Below, in pieces: positions 47,701 to 56,777 of a stretch of DNA of 64,000 nt; positions within the stretch are counted from its first letter, which is position 1, and each line of letters begins with the position of its first letter. The translations under genes were made by a program, and so were the position numbers. The notes beneath the pieces were generated by a model that saw only the letters and a list, made by a program, of their open reading frames with translations, did no database searches and was not told the origin of the DNA. The stretch is from a virus (Duplodnaviria > Caudoviricetes): IMG/VR virus record IMGVR_UViG_3300021400_000046, positions 1 to 64,000 of that record; one strand, 5' to 3'.

Positions 47701-49225
47701 CTATATGGCGCAAGCAGATGATTATGCCAAGGAAATTCTTGCTCTTGATAAGCAAATTGCTGATGATCCGTACAATACTGATCTTATTAAACGCAGAGAG
47801 GAACTTATCAAACTGCAACAAGAATCAATCAAGAATGCGGAAGCTGAAAAACAAGCAATGATTGAGCTTGTGAAGCAAGGTATTCAGATTGAGCTTTCTG
47901 CTCTAAAGGATTTGATTGATGCCTACAAGGAATCTCTTGATAACGCTAAAGCTCTTTACGAATATCAAAGTAATGTCACGGATAAAGCCGCTGAAATTGC
48001 AAGACTCCAAAAGCAGCTCTCCGCTTATTCCGGTGATACTTCTGCTGAAACACAAGCAACAGTTCAGAAGCTGCAAGTTGATTTATCAAAAGCGCAGGAA
48101 GATTTAGCGAAAACAGAATATGAGCAATTTATCAGCGATCAAAAGAAATTGCTTGATGAATTATACGACGAGTACGAGGAAGTCCTAAACCAAAGGCTTG
48201 ATGATGTTGACGCTCTGATTTCTGATCTGATTGATGGTGTAAACTCAAATTCAGATAAGATCAATGAAACCATTGGTGGCGTTGCTGCCGATGTTGGTTA
48301 TAATCTTACTCCGCAAATGCAGGAAATATGGAACAACTCAACCGGTTCAACAGAGGGCGTTATTTCAAAATATGGCGACGATTTCTCTGAAAAACTAACT
48401 GCGGTTAATAGTGTTCTTGCTGGTATTCACGCGAATGTTGCTGATATGATAGAGCATAGCGACGAGGAAGCTGATGCCGATGTTGGAAGTCAAACTCCAA
48501 CAACCGAACCTACTCCTCCTTCTGATGGTGGTGGTAATCAACCTCCTGCGCCAAAGCCGTCAGATGATGGTGGCGGTGGTGGTGCAACACTTGACGAACA
48601 AACAAAGAAGAAAGTTGCCGCCGCTATTTGGCGTGGTGGTCTTGGTTGGGGTGTTAATCCTGATAGAGCAAAACGCCTGAAGGAAGTCTTTGGTGCAAAC
48701 AATGGTATTCAAGCGCTTGTAAATAAAGGCGTTGGTAAGAATGATGGCGGCTCTGACGTTAAGAACTATACTTATCTTGCAATGCGTAAAAAGTTCAAAG
48801 GTTATAAGACTGGTGGACTTGTTGACTATACTGGTTTGGCACAGGTTGACGGCACACCGCAGAAACCAGAACTTATGTTGAATGCGAATGATGCACAGAA
48901 CTTCATTGCACTGAGAGACGTATTGAGAAACTTGTCTATGCAGCCAATTTCTCTTGGTAAACAGTTTGACTTAGATACACCGTTATTTAGTGGAATTGCT
49001 GATATGTCAGAGCGTCTTGCCTCTATGAGAACGCCGGTTGGTAATTCTGGCACTACCTTCGGTGATTTTGAAATCAACATCCCGATTGAGAATGTGCAGG
49101 ATTATAACGATTTTGTGCAGCAGTTACGTAATGACCCACAATTTGAAGAAATGATTATTGGTATGACACTTGGTAAAGCGTTGGGCAAAACCTCGCTTTC
49201 AAAGTATAAGTATCAATGGAAGTAA
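41711..49225 (+). CDS. tail tape measure protein (TP901-type core)
   Basis: 2504 aa, helical; LEDAM..F, FARLG, LAGTRQQN; TM segments; GELG.E and GG..DYTG.A.VDG motifs. Confidence 0.9.
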   Translation: MAKNDFSLLVKAKLDASQIQSDLENIKNKYGNFKIKLEFDKMPNLSGQMQKEGGKAGQAYSDAFKKAMSDKIQFKLDTGDFQTKINSIETKLKSLKGVSDVTKTNIEMLKGAFSTLSSSDASIEDKIAAFKQFNSLLPTIRSQLTQSAQAGREYEKTIKQAAQEQLTLTKSSTLSNSIQAWMNNNEKAAKQYGDRLRELQNQLRNNTDPSKLREVSAEFQNIKSEAGAAGLTVSKWGSQFSSAIKMALGIGSVYQILNKVIQVTKEMVKQTIELEDAMAQFRIVTKATEQQMNSFYQTTIKNAKEIGGNVRDMTDAATVFARLGFSIDESSTLAKYTSMLQSVGDIDVSTAENALTAIFKAFDLNINDIESIMDKLIEVGNNYPISVAQLAEGINNAGSMLASAGNSYEETIAMLAAANTTVQDISKSSTGLRTIAARIRNTKTELDDLGEAMTDADYDALVRGLTKANVALTDAQGNFRSTYDIVKDLAKVWNQLSNIDQAALAKTLAGTRQQNVFFSLIEQFQEAENAMDSMENSMGALSSAMSIYESTATAHINSLKTAFLDLAQSIIDNGFINELTDIGQWIIELIKKIADLINALGGLKTIIIGVGVAFATIKIIKVIGWVKELYTGITAFIKLIPYLGLLKANSISVAQGIENISGSAKAATAAMSAMKTMVVAVIAVSAMLIANHIKKIKEAREEAKRLKQEAVENSRESLANSTSRLNSLYELRQEYQNIIDSERDEATKTQELDNWKQKLIETYGFEKDAIADVNKERETGLKLIDDERKRNVQSALADATAAYNDSVKTLSRTYIWDGRVSTSESSQSAVADVMSRYFPNVSKHDDKGTGYFYEDWARSLGIQDTQYWVSGSSGAGVYGDIDSLKQYLDIIETAINDLQAKKLRGETLTSAENTVLTSLSQNVGGIRKTYEEAAQAYDNYNRLLAENYILQMDINSGTIKTADDYNNLRNTIQNLYGDNQPVMEQMLDIVSTLFPRFSEEADSVVYDGDRISVSFQNISASVSKATESFNATTKGISSLQSVLSKQSTGSSLSLDDFNSEELKDYTSALEYHNGVLQLNAEKTRELVEAKTQDELATISKNKALAQSKYLQNAKEIQRLTDKIKTNTYETGENKEVIEEQISKLQDENSSLLTTCSQYDLMSASLREATDAYHNWLNAQNASQAGDMFDDTLDAINRINDTLNNKDSDYFGRVGRTDYQAAIDFVIPDTVDREDADAINSYLESVSDLFTYDDNGNRAGLNITNFCKQAVKQGLMVFDEASDSYLVAGQTTMEDFAEGMNLSLPLVQAMFGEMEEFGGEFSWADEAVKTLGDLAISADVAANRLRESHGEFGFDIKLDYSDLDTTEEKIGAIEQTISNMKFMRLDVGSYDPSAVEDCDAVLQYLITQKQQLAAPAIMNIDISKVSENTGAALQLLVDFQNACNELELKQELGLDTTDAQAKVDTLYAEISGSDNDAILTLGIDTSSVETVKTSLAELSQEEVLTKLQLDASVVEGYTPEDKSATLTYIVDSSNVDAYNPKNLQRTVTYYVRTSGMDKLNGTAHAAGTAMASGDWGTAPGGETLTGELGREIVVDPHTGRWYTVGDNGAEFVNIPRGSIVFNHKQTEQLLKNGYVSGRASALVGGTAMVTGGIGAGNADNGSHSGGNKPHSGGSSSGSGSSSSSSKPSSSSSNSSNSSSKSDKEPQIIDWIEIAIARIEREIKKLKTVAESTYKSLKTKLGASYDEIAKVNKEIAVQQQGYNRYLKQAESVGLSSNLKAKVRDGTIDINQYDEDTQKLIKDYQQWFEKALDCADAVDELHESLAKLYEDNFNATQEDFENKLSLIEHLTKMYQSGIDLFEAKGYLESTKFTKAMQEANAQRLSTLNQELSALKQKFSEAMASGEIEVGSESWYKMQQEINACKEAIADANVEAAELAKTVREIEWGYFDYEQDRISQLTQEADFLIDLMSNQDLHDDRGQLTDYGMATMGLHGQNYNVYMAQADDYAKEILALDKQIADDPYNTDLIKRREELIKLQQESIKNAEAEKQAMIELVKQGIQIELSALKDLIDAYKESLDNAKALYEYQSNVTDKAAEIARLQKQLSAYSGDTSAETQATVQKLQVDLSKAQEDLAKTEYEQFISDQKKLLDELYDEYEEVLNQRLDDVDALISDLIDGVNSNSDKINETIGGVAADVGYNLTPQMQEIWNNSTGSTEGVISKYGDDFSEKLTAVNSVLAGIHANVADMIEHSDEEADADVGSQTPTTEPTPPSDGGGNQPPAPKPSDDGGGGGATLDEQTKKKVAAAIWRGGLGWGVNPDRAKRLKEVFGANNGIQALVNKGVGKNDGGSDVKNYTYLAMRKKFKGYKTGGLVDYTGLAQVDGTPQKPELMLNANDAQNFIALRDVLRNLSMQPISLGKQFDLDTPLFSGIADMSERLASMRTPVGNSGTTFGDFEINIPIENVQDYNDFVQQLRNDPQFEEMIIGMTLGKALGKTSLSKYKYQWK

Positions 49226-49269
49226 GTATTGGGAGGTGGGAACACCTCCCTCTTATATTAAGGTGAGAT

Positions 49270-49569
49270 ATGAAAGATAGTGAGAAAATTAAAATTTTGC
49301 AAGAAGCCTTACGAGAATTGCGAGAAGAAAATAGTTCTCTAAAAAAGCAGATTGAAGCTGATAAAAGTGAGGTTTTATCTATGAGAGCCGCAATAGAAGA
49401 AAAACAACGGATGATGGAAGATGTTATCCGGGCGCACAAAGAAGCTATTGGCGAAGTACGAGAAATTGGAATGAATTATCGGGCTGCCATCAAAGATGCG
49501 AATAAAGTAAAAGCAGATTACGAAAAGCAAATGAGAGAACAGTTGCAACGAATTAAGAAGCAGAAATAA
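49270..49569 (+). CDS. coiled-coil hypothetical protein
   Basis: 99-aa ORF with AAGGTG RBS. Confidence 0.65.
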   Translation: MKDSEKIKILQEALRELREENSSLKKQIEADKSEVLSMRAAIEEKQRMMEDVIRAHKEAIGEVREIGMNYRAAIKDANKVKADYEKQMREQLQRIKKQK

Positions 49570-49591
49570 CTATGAAGGGAGGCTTGCCTAA

Positions 49592-50413
49592 TTGTACGCC
49601 ATAGATTTTGAATATGACGGACAATATCTGAGTGATTACGGATTGATTATTTGTCATTTTGATTATTCTACCGGAACTGCTGTCGCAGATGCCGGTTCAA
49701 GAATTACCTTTGAAAAGGTTTCAAGGAATTATGGCAAGTCATATAGTTTGGCAAGTACACGCTATAATGAGTGTATTACTACCACATTTGATATTTGTAA
49801 GAACCCGGATTTGTACGAAGAATATGAAGATAGGCAAATCTCTAATGATGAATACCGCGATCTCATGCGCTGGTTAAATCGTAGGGAGTTCCTAAAATTT
49901 CAGGTATTTGACGAGGACGATAAAGAGAGGGACACTTGTTACTACAATGTTAGTTTCAATGTAGAGAAAATAAAAATTGCGGAAGTCTTATATGGATTAC
50001 GACTAACCCTTGAAAGTGATAAACCATTTGGATATGGACAAGAACAATCTGTATCATGGACATTTAGCGATACTTCTGTTGCAAAGATTTTAAGTGATAT
50101 GTCTGATGAAATTGGCTATATTTATCCGAATGTAAAGATTACTTGCTATGCAAATGGCGATTTATCAATTTATAATGAGTTACTTGATAGTACGACAGTC
50201 ATTAAGAATTGTAAGGTTGGCGAAGTAATTACGCTTGATGGTAATGCTCAAATTATTGCAACAACATATTCATCTCATGATATTTGTGATGATTTTAATT
50301 ATGAGTTTTTCAAAATAGGGAACACAATCAATAATAGGAATAATCGAATTACTGTTTCTGCGCCTTGTGCATTAGAAATAAAGTATGAACCTATTATAAA
50401 AGATACACCTTAA
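49592..50413 (+). CDS. distal tail protein (Dit)
   Basis: DFEYDG..LSDYGL, SDKPFGY; follows tape measure. Confidence 0.75.
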   Translation: MYAIDFEYDGQYLSDYGLIICHFDYSTGTAVADAGSRITFEKVSRNYGKSYSLASTRYNECITTTFDICKNPDLYEEYEDRQISNDEYRDLMRWLNRREFLKFQVFDEDDKERDTCYYNVSFNVEKIKIAEVLYGLRLTLESDKPFGYGQEQSVSWTFSDTSVAKILSDMSDEIGYIYPNVKITCYANGDLSIYNELLDSTTVIKNCKVGEVITLDGNAQIIATTYSSHDICDDFNYEFFKIGNTINNRNNRITVSAPCALEIKYEPIIKDTP

Positions 50414-50431
50414 CGAAAGGAGGAGCGCATT

Positions 50432-53400
50432 TTGTCAATAAGGATAAAATTTGACTCAACGCATAATGCGGAATTACCTACTTTTGTTCTTGCTACACGC
50501 AGCGGCAGATTGCTTGGTAAAATCCCATTAACGTCTCCTACGTTTAAGGACACACTAAATGCGGCCTCCTCTGCCGTTTTTACTGTTTACAAGAGCGACT
50601 GTATTTCTTCGATTAAAGAAACTGATAGAGTTCAAGTAAATCCAATCAGCCTTCATGCAATCGTTAATTCAATATCAAGCAGAACAAGAGCCGGACAATT
50701 AAATCAAGTTGATTTGTTAAGTATACGAAATTACTTTTCAACACCAGAAACAATTAACGATCTAAATATTAGGGTTGTAAGCAATCAGAATAGTCGCCAG
50801 TATAATCAAGATCAGCTTGATTATATATATGATACCATACAACAGACGTTTACTGTTACATACAACAATTTAGAAATATTATTTGTAGATGCTGATGGCT
50901 ATGTGTTTATCAACAATGCAAGCACTCTTGGGTTATCGAATGATGATTCATACCTAATTACAATGTCATTTACTGTCCCGGCAATATCAAAGGCATTGGA
51001 TTTTTGGGAACAAATCAAGGATTTCAAACTGGTTTGGGCGAGAGAGTGGAATAAGTGGTTTGAGGCTTATGTTGAAATATCTGAATCAGATAGTACAATG
51101 AAATCTGTAACTCTGACTTCTTTAGGTGAAGCTGAGTTGTCGCAGATAAATTTATATAACATCGAGATTAACACGGAAGATGATATTGACCGTGATGATT
51201 ATGTTGTCACAACACTCTTTAATGAAACAAATCCAAAAGGCTCATTGCTTAATAGGATTATGGAGAAAGCACCGCATTATACAATTGCCCATGTTGATTC
51301 CACTATTGCCGGTATTCAGAGGACGTTCAGTTTTAATGGGAAAAGTATTTATGATGCTTTCAAGGAAATCTCAGATGAAGAAGATATTTTATTCCAGATT
51401 GATTGCTATACAAATAGTGATGGTGATTTAGTACGAGAAATCAATGTATATGATTTGGAGTCAAATTGTTTGGATTGCGGCCATCGTGGAGAATTTGTAG
51501 ATAAGTGCGAAGAATGTGGAAGTATAAACATCAAGTCCGGTTATGGCGAAGATACTACGATTATTGTGTCTGTAGAAAACCTTGCTGACAATATTAAATT
51601 CTCAACGGATAATGGATCAGTAAAAAACTGTTTTCGTCTCGAAGCTGGCGACGATCTTATGAGCGCAACAATAGCAAACTGCAATCCAAATGGAAGCCGA
51701 TATATTTGGTATATTTCAGACGAAGTTAAAAGTGATATGTCTGACGAGCTTGTGCAAAAACTTGAAGAATACGATGAACTATATCGTTATTATCAAAAAG
51801 AGTATGAGGTTGTAATTGATGCTGATTTGCTTGAACGTTATAACGCTCTTGTTGACAAATACTCTGTTTTTTCTGATGATTATTCTCATTTACCAGATAC
51901 AATTACAGGGTTTCCAGCATTGATGCAGGCATATTACGATACAATTGACTTTTTCCTGTTTTTGAATGACACACTTATGCCGAGCGTTGAAATATCGAGG
52001 ACTACGGCGGCATTGCAGGCAGCGGAATTGAACACCCTTAATCTGTCTCCTGTGGCCGTTCAAAAACTTGAAAACTGTTCTGTATCAACTGCTTCAAGCG
52101 CCGTACTTGCTATGGCTAAAACTATCATTGATCCGAGATACCAAGTAAAAATCAAAGATAGTTCTTTTGCTGAAAACACATGGGTCGGTACATTTACTGT
52201 GACGAATTATTCAGACGAAGAAGATACTTCTACTACAAATCAAGTTTATGTTTCTATTAATGATGATTATGAGAAATTTGTAAAACAGAAGATCGACAAG
52301 ATTTTGAATAAGCAGAGCGAAGAAGTAACTGATATTATCGGTTTGTTCAAACTCAGTCTTGAAAACTTCAAAATTGAACTAAAACGGTATTCTCTTTCAC
52401 GGCTTACGTCTTTTTATGATTGTTGCCAGAGTTGCCTCGATATTCTAATTGAGCAAGGTATTGCAGATCGTGAGACTTGGGCTGACCATGATCCTGATAT
52501 GTACAGAGACTTGTATGTGCCTTATTATCAGAAACTAAATGCAATTCAAGATGAAATCAAGGTGCGCGAAGAAGAAATTGAGGTTATCGCCGGTGTATAT
52601 GACAGTGACGGTGATTTAGCTACTCATGGTGTTCAGACATTCCTTGGGGAAATTAGGAACGCTATCCAGGACACGCTTAATTTTGAGAAATACCTTGGAG
52701 AAGAATTATGGCTTCAATTTGTTTCCTACCGCAGAGAGGACACATATAGCAATAGCAATTACATTTCAGATGGTTTGAATAATTCAGAATTGTTTGAGAA
52801 CGCTCTTGACTTTATTGAAGTCGCAACAAAAGAGATTTATAAGTCTGCAACATTACAACATTCAATAACAGCATCGTTGAAGAACTTGCTTGTTATGAAA
52901 GAATTTGAGCCGTTGCTTGATATGTTTGAGGTTGGAAACTGGATTAGGATTAAAGTTGATGGCAAAGTTTATAAATTGCGAATTATTGAGTACGAAATCA
53001 ATTATGATGATTTACAACAATTAAACATTCGTTTTTCTGACGTAAAAATGGCACAAGGAACAGAGACAGATATTGAAAGTGTTATTCAGCAAGCCGCGTC
53101 TATGGCTACATCTTATGATGCTGTTATTCGTCAGGCAAGTAATGGTCAAAAAGGTAATGATAGGCTAAATGATTGGGTAAACAAAGGTCTTGCATTGACA
53201 AAAATGAAGATCATTGATAGCGCAGACAATCAGAATATTACTTGGGATAGTCACGGATTACTGTGCAAAGAGTATTTGCCGATAACTGATACCTACGATG
53301 ATAAGCAGCTCAAAATCATTAACAAAGGTTTGTTCTTAACAGATGATAATTGGCAGACTTCAAAAGCTGGAATCGGTAATTTTGCGTTCTATAATCCAGA

Positions 53401-54109
53401 AACAGGTGAAATGGAGGAAGCATACGGCGTAATTGCTGATACCCTTGTTGGAAATTTGGTTCTTTCTGAAAAGGTTGGTATCTATAATCAGAAGAATAGT
53501 ATTACACTTGATGATAACGGCGTTACTATTACAGCAGATGGTATTAATACTGGTGAAAATCAAATTGTTTTTACAATTCAGAAAAGAGAACTAAATGGAG
53601 ACGGGGATGAAATCATTTCGCGTTCAATGTACATTGATGCAAATGGTAATCTCGTTTTGAATGGCTCTATTCGGATTAACTCTGCGGCAGATCAAGGCAT
53701 CTCTACATTGGACGAACTTACTGATGCAAGTAGATATACGGAAGAATTTTCCCAGATAGTTTACAATGAATTACATGGTGAAAACGGTGTCTATAACAGT
53801 TTAGATGAAATGGCTGCTGAACAACGAAATTATACTGATGAACAATTAAATGGTTATAAGGCAGATGTTGGTCAGTATTTAAGATTTGATGAAAATGGTT
53901 TAACACTTGGAGCATTGAACAGTAATTTTAGTACGGTTATTGATAATCAGCGGCTTGCGTTTATGGATGGCAATAGCGTCGCTGCTTATATCAGTAACAA
54001 TCAATTGTATATTCCAAATGCTGTTATTCAAAGTACATTATCTATTGGTAACTTTTATTTCTTGCCAAGAGATGATGGCGGCGTATCTTTGATATGGGGT
54101 AATGATTAG
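50432..54109 (+). CDS. baseplate hub / tail tip protein (Tal-like)
   Basis: 1225 aa after Dit; FEVGNWIRI...IEYEI; C-terminal YLRF...GLTLG. Confidence 0.75.
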   Translation: MSIRIKFDSTHNAELPTFVLATRSGRLLGKIPLTSPTFKDTLNAASSAVFTVYKSDCISSIKETDRVQVNPISLHAIVNSISSRTRAGQLNQVDLLSIRNYFSTPETINDLNIRVVSNQNSRQYNQDQLDYIYDTIQQTFTVTYNNLEILFVDADGYVFINNASTLGLSNDDSYLITMSFTVPAISKALDFWEQIKDFKLVWAREWNKWFEAYVEISESDSTMKSVTLTSLGEAELSQINLYNIEINTEDDIDRDDYVVTTLFNETNPKGSLLNRIMEKAPHYTIAHVDSTIAGIQRTFSFNGKSIYDAFKEISDEEDILFQIDCYTNSDGDLVREINVYDLESNCLDCGHRGEFVDKCEECGSINIKSGYGEDTTIIVSVENLADNIKFSTDNGSVKNCFRLEAGDDLMSATIANCNPNGSRYIWYISDEVKSDMSDELVQKLEEYDELYRYYQKEYEVVIDADLLERYNALVDKYSVFSDDYSHLPDTITGFPALMQAYYDTIDFFLFLNDTLMPSVEISRTTAALQAAELNTLNLSPVAVQKLENCSVSTASSAVLAMAKTIIDPRYQVKIKDSSFAENTWVGTFTVTNYSDEEDTSTTNQVYVSINDDYEKFVKQKIDKILNKQSEEVTDIIGLFKLSLENFKIELKRYSLSRLTSFYDCCQSCLDILIEQGIADRETWADHDPDMYRDLYVPYYQKLNAIQDEIKVREEEIEVIAGVYDSDGDLATHGVQTFLGEIRNAIQDTLNFEKYLGEELWLQFVSYRREDTYSNSNYISDGLNNSELFENALDFIEVATKEIYKSATLQHSITASLKNLLVMKEFEPLLDMFEVGNWIRIKVDGKVYKLRIIEYEINYDDLQQLNIRFSDVKMAQGTETDIESVIQQAASMATSYDAVIRQASNGQKGNDRLNDWVNKGLALTKMKIIDSADNQNITWDSHGLLCKEYLPITDTYDDKQLKIINKGLFLTDDNWQTSKAGIGNFAFYNPETGEMEEAYGVIADTLVGNLVLSEKVGIYNQKNSITLDDNGVTITADGINTGENQIVFTIQKRELNGDGDEIISRSMYIDANGNLVLNGSIRINSAADQGISTLDELTDASRYTEEFSQIVYNELHGENGVYNSLDEMAAEQRNYTDEQLNGYKADVGQYLRFDENGLTLGALNSNFSTVIDNQRLAFMDGNSVAAYISNNQLYIPNAVIQSTLSIGNFYFLPRDDGGVSLIWGND

Positions 54110-54126
54110 GATAGGAGGTGTAATAT

Positions 54127-55638
54127 ATGGCATTGAGCGGAAGTTTATATAGTTCTACTTGGACTGGTGAAACTTATTGGGGAAGATTGTATTTTTATTG
54201 GACAGCAACTCAGAACGTTGCCAATAATACATCTACTATCTCATGGAGCATTTCTGCAAATGTTGGTAAGAATAGTGGCGGTAATAGTGGTTGGATTACA
54301 TTTAGCGAACTAAGTGTAAAGATTAACAATGAGTCTGTATATTATAGAAGTGCATCTAATCATACAAATTGTAGTAATGGCACGTCGTTGGCAAGTGGCA
54401 CAAAAACACTAACGCATAATTCAGATGGTACTTGTACTTTTTCTGTTAGTATTGGTGCTGGTATTTATAATTATTCAATTAATAAAACTGGTAGTTCTAC
54501 TTTTACCCTAAACACGATTGCTCGTGCATCATCAATTGATGCTGCATGGGATGGCGTTCTTGGTGGGACTTGCGGAATAAAATGGACTCCGGCATCATCT
54601 TCATTCAAATTCAAACTGAAATTTGTTCTTGGTAATTGGAACTACACAACGGGAATTATTTCTCCAAATACAACATCACAATATTTGTATAACAGTTATA
54701 CAATTTCTTTAGAAGCAGCAAATCAGATACCGAATGCAACATCCGGTACAATGACAGTTTATCTATATACTTACTCTGATAATGGTAGTACGCAAATCGG
54801 ATCAACGGCAAGTAAAACATTTTCTGTTGCTGTTCCTTCCTCTGTGATCCCAACAATATCAAGAGTCAATGCCTCTATTGTCAATTCAAATTCTGTTGTT
54901 AATGGATGGGGTGTTGCCGTAGCTGGATATACAAAGGTTAAGGTTGAAGCAACGGCAAGCGGCGCTTATAGCTCAACAATCAAAAGTTTTTATGTCGGTG
55001 GTTACAATGTAACAAAAACGGGAACTTCCTTATCGTTTACAGGTGATGTAATTACCAAATCGGGGAACCATGTATTTGATGTTGTGGCAACGGATAGCCG
55101 TGGGCGAAAATCAACACAGGTATTATCAAGTCAGATCTATTTTTACCCATATTCAAAACCAACTGTTTCCGCATTTTCTGTTGCCAGAAGTTCATCGAAT
55201 GCTCAACAGATTGTTGTTAAGGCAAATTGGAGTTATGCAAGCGTAAATAGCAAAAATAGCGCGACGGCGAAATTGTATTATAAGAGATCAACTGCTTCAT
55301 CGTGGACACAATATGGTGATATTACTTCTTCAAAGAACACAAACATTACTTTGAGCGGAGTGACATTTAACGAAGCATATTCTTATAATTTCAAAGTTGT
55401 TGTTACAGATGCTCTAAGTAATAAGGCGCAAGAAGAAGCATTTGTTTCTACAATTGAGGTATTGATGGATTTCCGAGCTGGTGGTAAAGGGCTTGGCATT
55501 GGTAAAATTGCTGAGACAGATAATCTTGAAGTTGCTCTTAATTCAGTCTTTATTGGAGATGTTTACATTAAAGTTGGGAACACAAATGTACCATTGGTTA
55601 CTTATATTAAAAATGCTGTAAATGGAGATTACGATTAA
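54127..55638 (+). CDS. siphovirus minor structural protein (DUF859-like)
   Basis: QNVANNTS, HNSDG, TIARAS, TDSRGR, MDFRAGGKGLGIGK. Confidence 0.75.
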   Translation: MALSGSLYSSTWTGETYWGRLYFYWTATQNVANNTSTISWSISANVGKNSGGNSGWITFSELSVKINNESVYYRSASNHTNCSNGTSLASGTKTLTHNSDGTCTFSVSIGAGIYNYSINKTGSSTFTLNTIARASSIDAAWDGVLGGTCGIKWTPASSSFKFKLKFVLGNWNYTTGIISPNTTSQYLYNSYTISLEAANQIPNATSGTMTVYLYTYSDNGSTQIGSTASKTFSVAVPSSVIPTISRVNASIVNSNSVVNGWGVAVAGYTKVKVEATASGAYSSTIKSFYVGGYNVTKTGTSLSFTGDVITKSGNHVFDVVATDSRGRKSTQVLSSQIYFYPYSKPTVSAFSVARSSSNAQQIVVKANWSYASVNSKNSATAKLYYKRSTASSWTQYGDITSSKNTNITLSGVTFNEAYSYNFKVVVTDALSNKAQEEAFVSTIEVLMDFRAGGKGLGIGKIAETDNLEVALNSVFIGDVYIKVGNTNVPLVTYIKNAVNGDYD

Positions 55639-55665
55639 AAAAGCAACCATTTTCGGTTGCTTTTT
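55637..55665. terminator. bidirectional intrinsic terminator
   Basis: A-run, GCAACC-ATTTTC-GGTTGC, T-run. Confidence 0.7.
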
Positions 55666-55706
55666 GAAAAAACAATCGTTTTTAGTTGCGATTTTAGGAG
55701 ATAGGT

Positions 55707-55913
55707 ATGGAAAATGAGATTAGAAAACCGTTATCAGTAGCAAAAGAGGAATTTGTTAATGCATTAACTGATATGATTAACAATTCTGCTTTGCCTCGTT
55801 TTATTATTGAAAGCGTACTAAAAGATATGTATGCTGATATGAAAGTCATTGCAAGAAAAGAGTATGAAATTGATAAGAGACGCTATGAGGATTCATTAAA
55901 GAATAACGAATAA
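55707..55913 (+). CDS. hypothetical protein
   Basis: 68-aa ORF with AGGAG RBS. Confidence 0.65.
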   Translation: MENEIRKPLSVAKEEFVNALTDMINNSALPRFIIESVLKDMYADMKVIARKEYEIDKRRYEDSLKNNE

Positions 55914-55932
55914 ATGATTGGTGGCGATATTT

Positions 55933-56313
55933 ATGACAGAAAAGAAATATCGTCAAGAGTTAGAGAAAGCAAAGAGAAGAAATGTTGTAAAAGAGTATAA
56001 GCAAGAAATAAGAAAAGAGAAGATGAAGTATCGTGTGGTTCATCATATTGAGACAAGTAAACTGTTTGCTGGTTATTTGTTCGCACTGATGAACGCTATT
56101 ATTGTTTATGCTATGGTTGCAATGTGGAAGTTTGCCGATTTGTCTTACCTCGGTGTGCTTATCACAGATATTGCGGCTCAAATTCTCGTATATGCTATTT
56201 ACTGTCTGAAGGCGTACAAAGGTAAAAACGCAGAAGAAGAAATGAAATTCAAGCGTGAAACGATGCTGATTGATAATAATGTAAATGCCGATACCGAAGA
56301 TGGTATTGGCTAA
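55933..56313 (+). CDS. two-TM membrane protein (holin-like)
   Basis: Two hydrophobic helices; position in lysis cassette. Confidence 0.55.
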   Translation: MTEKKYRQELEKAKRRNVVKEYKQEIRKEKMKYRVVHHIETSKLFAGYLFALMNAIIVYAMVAMWKFADLSYLGVLITDIAAQILVYAIYCLKAYKGKNAEEEMKFKRETMLIDNNVNADTEDGIG

Positions 56314-56333
56314 TTTTATATTTGGAGGTAATT

Positions 56334-56720
56334 ATGTTGGACGGCCTGAAAAACTTTTTATCTTTTATGAATGATAACTGGACAACTATCGTTGTTATTA
56401 TTTCTTTGCTCATTGCTCTTTATCAGAAGATTCGATCTTTTATTTCTAAATCAAATGAGGAAAAGATTGCCTCTGCGAAAGCGCAGATTAAAGAAATTGT
56501 GTTGAAACTTATTACTGACGCAGAAATTGATTATGAGCATTGGAATAAAACAGGCTCTATTAAACGTTCACAAGTCATTCAGAAAATTTTTGAGGAATAT
56601 CCAATCTTGGCTAAAGCGGTTGACCAGAAAGCCGTTATTGCCTGGATTGATGAATTTATTGATGAATCCTTAAAAGAATTAAGAAAAGTTCTCGCTGAAG
56701 GAGAGAATGTACAAGAATAA
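56334..56720 (+). CDS. holin (LL-H-like)
   Basis: One N-terminal TM; AE...G.IKR..V; directly upstream of endolysin. Confidence 0.65.
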   Translation: MLDGLKNFLSFMNDNWTTIVVIISLLIALYQKIRSFISKSNEEKIASAKAQIKEIVLKLITDAEIDYEHWNKTGSIKRSQVIQKIFEEYPILAKAVDQKAVIAWIDEFIDESLKELRKVLAEGENVQE

Positions 56721-56777
56721 ACTATTTTGGATGGGCGGCTGAGAGGCCGTCCATTTTTATATTTGGAGGTTATTCAA

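Noticed and set aside
46680-48590. Ser/Gly and Pro/Gly low-complexity tracts in the tape measure gene
   Set aside because: Ordinary flexible linkers, not DNA repeat elements or inteins
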